From NCBI GenBank assembly GCA_043806635.1, contig JAZDGT010000044.1, positions 36-64,035 on the forward strand: a DNA stretch of 64,000 nucleotides, given 5' to 3'. Below the pieces are notes generated by a model. It saw only the letters and a list, made by a program, of their open reading frames with translations, was not told the DNA's origin and ran no database searches. Shown here in pieces: positions 19,285 to 28,396 of this stretch (positions within the stretch are counted from its first letter, which is position 1; each line of letters begins with the position of its first letter). Made by a program: the position numbers and the translations under genes. This stretch comes from Methanobacteriota archaeon. Its GTDB lineage: Archaea; Thermoplasmatota; E2; DHVEG-1.

Positions 19285-20139
19285 GTGAAAACAGTTGATG
19301 ATACAGCTATCCATGCGTTGAATATCACTGCAGTAAAAATCCGGAAGCACATCATTGAGATGTTGTATCGTGCTGCGTCAGGTCATCCTGGTGGTTCTCT
19401 TTCTGCGGTTGATGCGTTAGTCGCACTATATTTTGCTCATATGCATCATAACCCGAAGAACCCGAAAGACCCTGACCGGGATCGATTTATCCTGAGTAAG
19501 GGGCATGCGGCTCCAGCGTTATATGCAGTGTTAGCGGAGTCAGGGTATTTCACAGTGAACGAGTTGAATCGTCTGCGTCAAGTGAATTGTATGTTACAGG
19601 GTCATCCCGTGTGTTATCAGACTCCAGGTGTTGAGGCGTCAACAGGTTCTCTGGGTCATGGGTTATCGTTCGCTGTTGGTGTTGCGCTTGCTGGTCGACT
19701 GGATGCTAAGGATTATAACGTGTATGCGATGCTTGGAGATGGAGAAACGAATGAGGGGCAAATCTGGGAGGCAGCTGCAGTAGCAGCTCATTATAAACTC
19801 GATAGGATTACAGCGCTTCTTGATCGTAATTTTCTGCAGATTGATGGGAATACTGAAGAGGTGTTACGACTGGAATCAGTGCGGGATCGATGGAGTGCTT
19901 TTGGGTGGAATGTGCTTGAGGTTGATGGACATGATATCCGGTTGATTCTTGACGCGTTACAAGAAGCGGATGATCATAAACGACAACCTTCGATGATTAT
20001 TTTAGATACGGTTAAGGGGAAAGGGGTTTCGTTTATGGAGAATAACGTGGACTTTCATGGGGTTCCCCCGAATGAGATGGAGTATAAACTCGCGATGGAA
20101 GAACTGAACGCGATGCAAAAAAAACTGGAGGAGTCATAG
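19285..20139 (+). CDS. Transketolase, N-terminal (TPP-binding) subunit
   Basis: GTG at 19285 follows GGAGGGG. SGHPGGSLS and GDGETNEGQIWEA motifs. Confidence 0.88.
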   Translation: MKTVDDTAIHALNITAVKIRKHIIEMLYRAASGHPGGSLSAVDALVALYFAHMHHNPKNPKDPDRDRFILSKGHAAPALYAVLAESGYFTVNELNRLRQVNCMLQGHPVCYQTPGVEASTGSLGHGLSFAVGVALAGRLDAKDYNVYAMLGDGETNEGQIWEAAAVAAHYKLDRITALLDRNFLQIDGNTEEVLRLESVRDRWSAFGWNVLEVDGHDIRLILDALQEADDHKRQPSMIILDTVKGKGVSFMENNVDFHGVPPNEMEYKLAMEELNAMQKKLEES

Positions 20140-21089
20140 TGACAAGAGAGCTTATGAATCCTCGGAACGCGTATGGGGAAACCCTGGTAAAACTGGGAGA
20201 GAAATATCCTAATCTTGTGGTTCTGGATGCTGATTTATCGAAGTCGACAAAAACGATTATGTTCGGGAAGAAATACCCGGATCGTTTTTTTGAGATGGGG
20301 ATTGCTGAGGCGAATATGATTTCTGCAGCGGCAGGGTTAGCATCATGTGGAAAAATCCCGTTTGTGAGTACGTTTGCGGTGTTTGCGACGGGTCGCGTGT
20401 ATGATCAGATACGGATGGATGTCGCGTATTCCCGGGCGAATGTGAAGATTTTTGCAACTCATGGTGGGGTGAGTGTCGGGAAAGACGGTGCGAGTCATCA
20501 GATGATTGAGGATCTCGCGTTGATGCGGGTGCTTCCGAATATGACCGTGTTGGCTCCGAGTGATGCGACGCAGACGAGAAAGATTGTGGAGCTTATGGCT
20601 ACCACCCAAGGCCCGATGTATGCGCGGGTTGGCCGGGATAATGCTCCTGTGATCTATACGCCTGAGGAAATGAGGGATATTCAACTCGGGAAAGGATTGT
20701 TATCTGGTGATGGTGAGGATGTGAGTATTATTGCATGTGGCACGATGGTGGAGCCTGCGCTTAATGCACAAGAACAACTTAAAAAAGACGGTGTGAGTGC
20801 TCGTGTTGTTGATATGTTTACCATTAAACCGTTAGACAGCAGACTTGTGATGAAATGTGCACAGAAAACCAATGTAATTATTACTGTTGAGGAACATTCA
20901 GTGATTGGGGGATTAGGGAGCGCTGTTGCTGAGACTCTTGTGGAGAATGGATATAGTGGAAAATTCCATAGGATGGGGATCCAAGATATTTTTTGTGAAT
21001 CCGGGGATCCAAAAGATCTTTTAGAGAAATATAAGCTTAATGAAAAGCATATTATGAACACTGTAAAAGACCTTCTTAAAAAGAAATAA
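20139..21089 (+). CDS. Transketolase, C-terminal (pyrimidine-binding) subunit
   Basis: 316 aa. FEMGIAEANM and THGGVSVGKDGASHQ motifs. Start overlaps the upstream stop by 1 nt. Confidence 0.9.
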   Translation: MTRELMNPRNAYGETLVKLGEKYPNLVVLDADLSKSTKTIMFGKKYPDRFFEMGIAEANMISAAAGLASCGKIPFVSTFAVFATGRVYDQIRMDVAYSRANVKIFATHGGVSVGKDGASHQMIEDLALMRVLPNMTVLAPSDATQTRKIVELMATTQGPMYARVGRDNAPVIYTPEEMRDIQLGKGLLSGDGEDVSIIACGTMVEPALNAQEQLKKDGVSARVVDMFTIKPLDSRLVMKCAQKTNVIITVEEHSVIGGLGSAVAETLVENGYSGKFHRMGIQDIFCESGDPKDLLEKYKLNEKHIMNTVKDLLKKK

Positions 21090-21096
21090 GATATTG

Positions 21097-22224
21097 CTAT
21101 GATCTAGTAATTAGGATGGTGACTACATCAGTATCTTTTAATCGATGTTCCAGTCCTACTTTTTGTCCTACATGTTTTGCAGAAGGACCCCAGATATGTG
21201 CATATCGGAATTTTCTTTTGAACTCTCTATGGAGTCGTTTACAGACGTCCTCCACTGTTGCATCCTCCTTGAAAATCAAGGGTTCTTGATAATCAGGTTG
21301 TTTCCCTACAGGTTTGAGATAGATACGTATGAGTCTTAAGTGCGTAAAAATCGCTTCTTTTAACTCTTCGAGGTTAGCACGGTTTTTTGCTGAGATAGTA
21401 ATAACAGTCCAACCTTTGTGCTGTAGATATCGTTTGGTTTCTTCAACAAGTTTTTCTTCAGCAAGGTCTATTTTATTCATTATAACAATAGCTGGGACAT
21501 ACTCCCGGTTCACAGAGAAAACATCAATGAGTTGATCCTCCGTGATATCTTCACGAATGGTCACTGATCCATTGATCAAGAACTCTGAGGCTATGGTTTT
21601 AATCATCAGATCATCCATCTTTGTGAGGGAGATAGTAGAGCTAACTGTGATACCCCCATGGTTGGTTTTTCTGATAACAACATTCGGTTGCTTCTGGTTT
21701 AATCGCAACCCTGCCAAAACAAGTTCCTGTAGAATAGGGTCGAATCGTTTCCACTGATACGGATCAATCATTAACATCAATAAGTCAACGTTTCGGACCG
21801 CAGCAATAACCTCTCGACCACGACCTTTTCCTTTCGAAGCTCCTTCTATCAGACCAGGTAAATCAAGAAGTTGGATTTCTGCGCCCTTATATTTCATCAT
21901 CCCCGGTACGGTCTGCAAGGTAGTAAAATCGTAATCACCGACTTTGCTTGACGCGCCAGTCAATTGATTGAGTAACGTGCTTTTTCCGATACTGGGGAAT
22001 CCAACGATTCCAACGGTAGCATCACCGGATTTTTTCACAGCGAATCCTTTGATTTTTGCCCCAGAGCTTTTTCGTTTCTCTACTTCCTCTTGTAATCGAG
22101 CGATCTTGGCTTTGAGTTTACCAATATGATGTTCGGTATTCTTGTTTTTCTGTGTTTTGAATATCTCGTCTTCGATGTCTTTTATCTGCTTTTCAATTGA
22201 AGAGTAATCCATAGTGCTTGTCAC
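21097..22224 (-). CDS. Developmentally regulated GTP-binding protein (DRG/Obg-like GTPase with TGS domain)
   Basis: G1 GFPSIGKSTLLN, G3 DLPGLIEGAS, G4 NKID. C-terminal TGS-like region. Confidence 0.85.
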   Translation of the reverse strand: MTSTMDYSSIEKQIKDIEDEIFKTQKNKNTEHHIGKLKAKIARLQEEVEKRKSSGAKIKGFAVKKSGDATVGIVGFPSIGKSTLLNQLTGASSKVGDYDFTTLQTVPGMMKYKGAEIQLLDLPGLIEGASKGKGRGREVIAAVRNVDLLMLMIDPYQWKRFDPILQELVLAGLRLNQKQPNVVIRKTNHGGITVSSTISLTKMDDLMIKTIASEFLINGSVTIREDITEDQLIDVFSVNREYVPAIVIMNKIDLAEEKLVEETKRYLQHKGWTVITISAKNRANLEELKEAIFTHLRLIRIYLKPVGKQPDYQEPLIFKEDATVEDVCKRLHREFKRKFRYAHIWGPSAKHVGQKVGLEHRLKDTDVVTILITRS

Positions 22225-22298
22225 CAGGAATCGTGACGTGCTTTATAAAAAAGACGCATCATTGAGAGTTATCTACCCATGTTCGGTGAAAAAAAAGA

Positions 22299-23237
22299 CT
22301 ATTTTTTCACTATTGAGGTTCCTGTTTCTCCGTTGAGGGCAGCCCAACCTTTTTGGATGTTTGAGATGACGACTTTTTTGCCACCGAATTCTAAGAATCG
22401 TATCGCCGCAAGAATTTTTGGTCCCATGCTTCCAGTGGGGAATTGCCCATCTTGGTAATGCTTTTTTATTTCTTGAAGAGAAATCGTATGAATTGCTTGT
22501 TGTTGAGGAGTATTATAGTGAAGATACACGTGTTCAACATCGGTGAGAATTAAGAGAACATCTGCGGTGATGGCTTCTGCGATTCGTTCTGCTGCAAGGT
22601 CCTTATCAACAACCGCTTCTAAACCGTCAAGTCCCCATCCTTCTTTTTCGATGACCGGCATCCCACCACCGCCAGAAGAAATCACGATCACTCCATCATC
22701 AAGGAGTTTCATAATAACATCGCCTTCAACGATTCGTTTTGGGTCAGGTGACGGGGCAAGCATACGCCATCCTCGAGGTAGACGAGTCATAACGTAACCT
22801 TCCTTCAGCATCCTGACTGCATCATCCTCAGAATAATATGGTCCAATAGGTTTCGACGGATTAGTTAATGATGTATCATTACGATCAACTATTACTTGGG
22901 TGATGAGGGCGACGACAGGCCTCTCGATGTTTTCTTTTTTTAATGCGTTTGAAAGACATTGCTGAATCATGTAACCAATAAGGCCTTCGCTTTCCGCTAC
23001 ACAGATACCTAAAGGCATAGCAGGTGTGATGGCTTTTGCAGCCTCATTCTGAAGGAAGATGGCACCAACCTGAGGTCCATTCCCATGGGTGATAACGACG
23101 TCCCACCCTGCTTTAATCATCTCAACAATGGAGACGCAACTCTCTCGAGTATTTGCGAATTGTTCGTAAATAGTCCCTTTTTGCCCTTTTTTTATGAGTG
23201 CGTTCCCACCAAGAGCGATAACGGCTCGTTTCTTCAT
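22299..23237 (-). CDS. arcC: Carbamate kinase
   Basis: 312 aa. AVIALGGNAL, THGNGPQVG and SSGGGGMPV motifs. Confidence 0.9.
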   Translation of the reverse strand: MKKRAVIALGGNALIKKGQKGTIYEQFANTRESCVSIVEMIKAGWDVVITHGNGPQVGAIFLQNEAAKAITPAMPLGICVAESEGLIGYMIQQCLSNALKKENIERPVVALITQVIVDRNDTSLTNPSKPIGPYYSEDDAVRMLKEGYVMTRLPRGWRMLAPSPDPKRIVEGDVIMKLLDDGVIVISSGGGGMPVIEKEGWGLDGLEAVVDKDLAAERIAEAITADVLLILTDVEHVYLHYNTPQQQAIHTISLQEIKKHYQDGQFPTGSMGPKILAAIRFLEFGGKKVVISNIQKGWAALNGETGTSIVKK

Positions 23238-23317
23238 AGAGAATGCTTGAAATCTATTCTTGATATAAAAACCAAATGGTAGAAGATATATACAGGGGAC
23301 ACTATGGGTTTGTTTAA

Positions 23318-23962
23318 ATGAACAGATTTGTACAAGAACGAGAGCAGCTTGTGCAAAAACTTGTTAATGAAGGATATATAAAAACCGATAGGGTAAAACA
23401 AGCGTTTCTCCAAGTTCCTCGAGAGGTTTTTGTCCCAGATAGCATAAAATCTTTTGCATATGTAGATACTCCATTAGAGATTGGTGAAGGTCAGACAATT
23501 TCTGCTCCCCATATGGTTGCTATCATGTGTGAAGCACTCGATATCCAAGACGGGCAGACGGTTTTAGAGATTGGCGCTGGATCGGGATATCATGCTGCTA
23601 TTGTCTCACAACTAGTAGGAGAGATAGGGAAAATATATACGATTGAGCGATATCCGGTTCTTGCGGATCGAGCACGAAAAAATTTGAAAGTTGCAAATTT
23701 ACAAAACGTTATTGTCCTCGTTGGCGATGGCTCAGAAGGACTTTCTGAGTATGCTCCATATGATTGTATTTATGTGACGTGTGCTTCTCCACAGATACCA
23801 CCACCTCTAATTGAGCAGTTAAAAGATGGTGGAAAACTCCTGATTCCAGTTGGGAGTTTTTATTGTATGTTAGAGTTGCTTGAAAAAAAGGGATCGAAGA
23901 TTCTTCGAACAGAGTATGGTGGTTGCGTGTTTGTTCCGCTTATAGGGAAATATGGGCATTGA
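23318..23962 (+). CDS. pcm: Protein-L-isoaspartate O-methyltransferase
   Basis: 214 aa. GQTISAPHMVA and VLEIGAGSGYHAA motifs. Confidence 0.9.
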   Translation: MNRFVQEREQLVQKLVNEGYIKTDRVKQAFLQVPREVFVPDSIKSFAYVDTPLEIGEGQTISAPHMVAIMCEALDIQDGQTVLEIGAGSGYHAAIVSQLVGEIGKIYTIERYPVLADRARKNLKVANLQNVIVLVGDGSEGLSEYAPYDCIYVTCASPQIPPPLIEQLKDGGKLLIPVGSFYCMLELLEKKGSKILRTEYGGCVFVPLIGKYGH

Positions 23963-24154
23963 TATTACTATAACGAAAAACCGAGATTTTTTTAGTATAT
24001 CGCAATTTTTTTTAATGTAACAAATTATTTATATAATATTAATATAAAGGAAAAATTTATCATATAAATTCGTATAAAATGTGTTGATTGGTATTGATAA
24101 GCAAAAAATTTAAATCGTGCTAGTGTATTGCATCCTTTAGGAGGCTATAAACTT

Positions 24155-24904
24155 ATGCAAAAAGAAGCAATAAAGAAAATATGTGTTATGCTGGTGATTA
24201 CGCTACTCACAGCTAGTTTTGCTGTCGCATTGGGTATGAAAACATTTGCCGCGAAAGGCGGCGATGGTGTACCAATGTTTCAAGAAGGAGATGCAACAGT
24301 AACTGAAACCTCAATTGAAATGCTCATAGAAGGACAGACACAAGGAGTAATAGAAGGAGAAGGACACCAAGGCTGGATAGAAGTTAACTCCTTTTATCAC
24401 GAAATCAGTGTCCCGTATGAAAACGATACCGGATTACCCTCACCCTCAGAACAACGTCAACACAAGCCTATTACAATAACAAAAGAGATCGATAAAGCAA
24501 CCCCCCAACTCTATCAAGCATTGTGCCAAGAGGAACCTTTGACGATCACACTAAGTTGGTACCGAATTGATCCTACAAATATGAAAGAAAGCTGGCAGCA
24601 ATACTATACTATAACATTACAAAATGCGAGAATAGTAATCTATAAAGAATATGATGCTTCAAGTCCGAAGCTTTTTGGATTTAACAATAACTATCTAAAA
24701 ATCGATTGGACATACGATACGGGATCCTCATTTGGAGAATCTGTTCTAGCGGGGGGGAATGATATGCCTATGGAACAAGTAAGTGGTAACTACAGACATC
24801 TTGAGGAAATCACATTTACCTACGAGGAGATCGAGTGGTCATATAATCTAGGTGTTGGTGGAACATACGGAGACAATTGGAACCAGGCACTACCTCCCAA
24901 ATAG
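24155..24904 (+). CDS. Signal-anchored Hcp-like (TssD/T6SS_HCP-fold) domain protein
   Basis: ATG at 24155 follows GGAGG. N-terminal KKICVMLVITLLTASFAVALG. Core aligns by eye with Hcp landmarks: GHQGWIEVNSF, ITITKEIDKATPQLYQALC, YYTITLQNARIV, EEITFTYEEIEWSY. Confidence 0.6.
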   Translation: MQKEAIKKICVMLVITLLTASFAVALGMKTFAAKGGDGVPMFQEGDATVTETSIEMLIEGQTQGVIEGEGHQGWIEVNSFYHEISVPYENDTGLPSPSEQRQHKPITITKEIDKATPQLYQALCQEEPLTITLSWYRIDPTNMKESWQQYYTITLQNARIVIYKEYDASSPKLFGFNNNYLKIDWTYDTGSSFGESVLAGGNDMPMEQVSGNYRHLEEITFTYEEIEWSYNLGVGGTYGDNWNQALPPK

Positions 24905-24935
24905 AGAAAGGAAAATAAGAGGTAGTGTTTCACCT

Positions 24936-27731
24936 ATGGAACACATCATACGAAAAAAACCATTAACCTCGAACATTCTGATTGTAGTCGTGATCTTTGG
25001 ACTTTTAGTAGGAATTGCGGTTGTACTTGGGGATACATCTTTTGTAGGTCGATATTTGTTCAGTGATAGTAGATCCGATACACTAGCTCCGATTGTTGAA
25101 ACATCAGTCGAAATGATTATTTTAGGGCAGAATCAAGGACTGATCGAAGGAGAAGGTCATAATGGTACTATCTTGATTGAGGCTTTGGATCATGAGGTGG
25201 GTCTTGCTTATAACAACGGTACTGGGAATCCTACAGGAACGAGATACCATGAACCACTATGTGTTCTCAAACTGCTTGATAAATCAAGCCCGATGCTATG
25301 GCAAGCGCTCTGTCAAAATGAGTCATTAACTATAACCCTGAATTGGTATCGAAGGGATCCAGGAAATGTAAAAGCTGTCTGGCAACAGTACTATACGATA
25401 ACTTTACAGAATGCGAAAATAGTGATAATGAAGACGTATGACAAGGCTAGCCCCTATCTCTACTCACGATTGATGGAACAAAAAGGGATATATAACAAAG
25501 GAGTATCCCTAAAAAATCCTGTAGATGACGGAGGACAATATAGTATAATAAAATATGAGTGGGATACCAGCGATCAACATGTAGAGGAAATCAGTTTCAC
25601 CTACGAGACGATTATCTGGTCGTATAACCTTGGTCAAGGTGAAGAACAAGGCGATAGTTGGTCTTTAAAAACGATTTATGTCGATGATGATTATAACAGC
25701 TCAACAAGTGGATGGCAAATCAACCATTTTGATACGATACAGGATGGAATCAACAGAGTAGAAGTAAACGGTACTGTGCTCATCTACAACGGTACATATA
25801 TCGAGAATCTGTATATACCAAAGACTCTTTGTTTACAGGGGGAGAATAACGAAAGAACCATTATCGACGGTGGTCAACTTGGTACGGTGATCATTGTTGC
25901 AGCTGATAATGTCATCATCACAGGGTTTACTATTCGAAATGGAATCAACGGTGTTTTCCTTGATTATTGTGTTAATACAACTATTTTTTCCAATATCATC
26001 GACTCAAATATTGGAATGATTGAGGGTTCGGGTATATTGTCGAGTTATTCAAATAACACAACGATGGTACAGAACCAGATCACAAATAATTTTTTCGGTA
26101 TATCTTTAATATACTCAGACAACAACATCATCATAGAAAATATCATCGCATACAGCAGCTCAAATGGGATACATATTATTGATAGTAATAATAATTTCAT
26201 TTATCACAACAACTTTATCAGTAACGCAATACAAACATCATGCTCCCCAGGAACAACTAATATCTGGAATGACAGCTATCCCTATTGTGGTAATCACTGG
26301 AATGATTTTGATGGCAGTGATCATTTTCATGGTCCCAATCAAAATATTCCTGGTCCCGATAATATCTGTGATAGCCCATACCCCATTGAGGGAGAGAATA
26401 ACCAGGATCATTATCCCTTAATGGAACCCTGGGGATATTATATCGAAGGGTTCTGTTCGTACGAGGATACTATACCAACCCTTCTTTCTGTTGAGATCAC
26501 CAACCTAAATACTGGTAAGAAACTTAACGCGGGTATAATAGATAATTACTATCGTCTTATGGTTGCAGTAGGAGAAGATATCACTATCGGTGAGCATCTT
26601 CGATTTATCGCTAAGGACATCACTGACTGTATTAACGTTACAGAGTACGAAATAACAGGAGAAGATATCGTAAGAGGATTTATTCGTCTGAATCTTACTC
26701 TCGATATTCATTACCGAGATCTGAAGAGGTTTCCATTTTACGTTTCAGAGGTTAATACCGGCGCGATGGTGATGAAACAGATGATGGACTACCTGATGTG
26801 GAACAGTACTATAAACCCTGAGAGGCCACCGAGCGTCTACAATGAACAAACCCTGTTCAACCAATACAAAGGAGCCGATGATACTATCAACGGGAGCGAA
26901 CTCTGCAACGGATTAAATACAGAGATTGATGACTTCGGAAACGGGTGGATCTACGGATACTTCTTCGCACCCTCAGCCCGAGACCAAGCAATGGATGCGC
27001 TCCGGGATGCAGTGATCTGGCTTGATTACAATATCAGTGGTGCTAATGATTTCAGATCTGTCGACGTTCCAAAAACTGGTCATCCCTGGCATGTTCCGAT
27101 TGCTGTTCCCACAAGTGGAACCTACGATAAATGGATGGTACTTCGAGGGATACATACGAACCGAAGCATGTGGGACACTACTAACCCCGGTGACCATGAA
27201 CTCATCACCGGCCCAGTTACGATCCACGGGTTTTGGCTCAACGATCCACAGCAAGGAGGAATCGGCGGGAATACCTACGTCACTGCACAGTACTTCACGA
27301 ACGCCTATTTTCAGAGAATTACGATTACCGGTGATCTCTATTATAACAAGTTCTTAGTAATCACTGATCCACCGAGAGACCAACCTATTCCAGAAACATC
27401 CGGACTTGACCTGACCCTAGCAGAGACACCCCAAGGGTTCTCGGTACATGAAGCAGAACTCGTTGCCCAACAGAACAAGAGAGGAATGAAAACTACCGCA
27501 GATACCATTGTAACACGTGTTGCATTCGATGAAGCATTCAAAGTGCTTCGCTACGACCCTATCGGGGAAACATTCGAAGCAGCGAATCCTATCGGAAAAC
27601 CGCTCTATAAGCGCGACACCTGTACAGTTACTTTCGGTAACAACAGCGTTATCTTCACCGTAATCCTCAACAAGCAGAATGGTGCCCTTCAGGAAATCCA
27701 TATTCAAAACAAAAGTACGCTACTACAGTAA
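24936..27731 (+). CDS. Signal-anchored Hcp-like domain fused to a NosD-type parallel beta-helix and an unknown C-terminal domain
   Basis: Start at the ATG at 24936 (MEHIIRKK...). TM LTSNILIVVVIFGLLVGIAVVLG. Paralogous Hcp-like region (GEGHNGTILIEAL, LLDKSSPMLWQALC, WQQYYTITLQNAKIV). Beta-helix repeats ending in CGNHWNDFDGSDHFHGPN...DSPYPI...DHYPLMEPW. Confidence 0.65.
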   Translation: MEHIIRKKPLTSNILIVVVIFGLLVGIAVVLGDTSFVGRYLFSDSRSDTLAPIVETSVEMIILGQNQGLIEGEGHNGTILIEALDHEVGLAYNNGTGNPTGTRYHEPLCVLKLLDKSSPMLWQALCQNESLTITLNWYRRDPGNVKAVWQQYYTITLQNAKIVIMKTYDKASPYLYSRLMEQKGIYNKGVSLKNPVDDGGQYSIIKYEWDTSDQHVEEISFTYETIIWSYNLGQGEEQGDSWSLKTIYVDDDYNSSTSGWQINHFDTIQDGINRVEVNGTVLIYNGTYIENLYIPKTLCLQGENNERTIIDGGQLGTVIIVAADNVIITGFTIRNGINGVFLDYCVNTTIFSNIIDSNIGMIEGSGILSSYSNNTTMVQNQITNNFFGISLIYSDNNIIIENIIAYSSSNGIHIIDSNNNFIYHNNFISNAIQTSCSPGTTNIWNDSYPYCGNHWNDFDGSDHFHGPNQNIPGPDNICDSPYPIEGENNQDHYPLMEPWGYYIEGFCSYEDTIPTLLSVEITNLNTGKKLNAGIIDNYYRLMVAVGEDITIGEHLRFIAKDITDCINVTEYEITGEDIVRGFIRLNLTLDIHYRDLKRFPFYVSEVNTGAMVMKQMMDYLMWNSTINPERPPSVYNEQTLFNQYKGADDTINGSELCNGLNTEIDDFGNGWIYGYFFAPSARDQAMDALRDAVIWLDYNISGANDFRSVDVPKTGHPWHVPIAVPTSGTYDKWMVLRGIHTNRSMWDTTNPGDHELITGPVTIHGFWLNDPQQGGIGGNTYVTAQYFTNAYFQRITITGDLYYNKFLVITDPPRDQPIPETSGLDLTLAETPQGFSVHEAELVAQQNKRGMKTTADTIVTRVAFDEAFKVLRYDPIGETFEAANPIGKPLYKRDTCTVTFGNNSVIFTVILNKQNGALQEIHIQNKSTLLQ

Positions 27732-27796
27732 TTTCGAACAAACTGTACCCTTTTTTTCTTTTATTGTAGGGGTAAAAGTAACGAGTAAAATCGTGA

Positions 27797-28300
27797 TTAC
27801 AGCTTATAGTGTATATCTCGTAAAAACTTCTTCCGCCAGGCAATCTCTTCTTTGGTTTCTACTCCTTTGGGTATATACCCATCAACCACGCCAAGAATAC
27901 CACGACCTTTCTCCTCCCCTATAGATAACTCAACGAGAACAACTTTTGTCGGATTTGCAGTGGCACAGAAAATAGAACACACCTCAGGTAGCTGTTTAAT
28001 CGCGTTCAGCACATTCAATGGATAACACTCTTTCATGAAGATAATAAAAGAATGTCCTGCGCCAATATTCTGGGCATTTAACTCTGCGAGTTTCTTAAGT
28101 ACGGGGTCGTTACCTTCACTGCGGATTTTACATGCACCACTTGCCTCACAGAAAGCAACACCAAATTTACCTTGGGGTACAGAACTTACCATCACCTCAT
28201 ACAAATCCTCTACGGATTTAATGAAATGCGTCTGCCCAAGAATAAAATTCATCTCCTCAGGTTTTTCTATCTCCACGAGTTTCATATCAACCTGTGTCAT
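27797..28300 (-). CDS. Adenosine-specific kinase family protein (PF04008-like)
   Basis: 167 aa. ILGQTHFIKSVEDLYE...FGVAFCEASG...IGAGHSFIIFMK..YPLNVLNAIK...ANP matches my recollection of this archaeal family. Confidence 0.55.
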   Translation of the reverse strand: MTQVDMKLVEIEKPEEMNFILGQTHFIKSVEDLYEVMVSSVPQGKFGVAFCEASGACKIRSEGNDPVLKKLAELNAQNIGAGHSFIIFMKECYPLNVLNAIKQLPEVCSIFCATANPTKVVLVELSIGEEKGRGILGVVDGYIPKGVETKEEIAWRKKFLRDIHYKL

Positions 28301-28396
28301 GCTTCAGTATTCCCCCCTTTAAAATCATATTATAATATAGCAATTCAATCAGTGGTATATAAAATCTCAGTAAAAAAAATTGATGACAATTACTTT

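Noticed and set aside
24155-27731. Interpreting the Hcp-like pair as a type VI secretion or contractile injection system locus
   Set aside because: No sheath, VgrG/spike, baseplate, ClpV-like ATPase or tape-measure genes occur anywhere in the 64 kb. Both proteins also carry N-terminal hydrophobic export or anchor segments, which are incompatible with cytoplasmic tube assembly.
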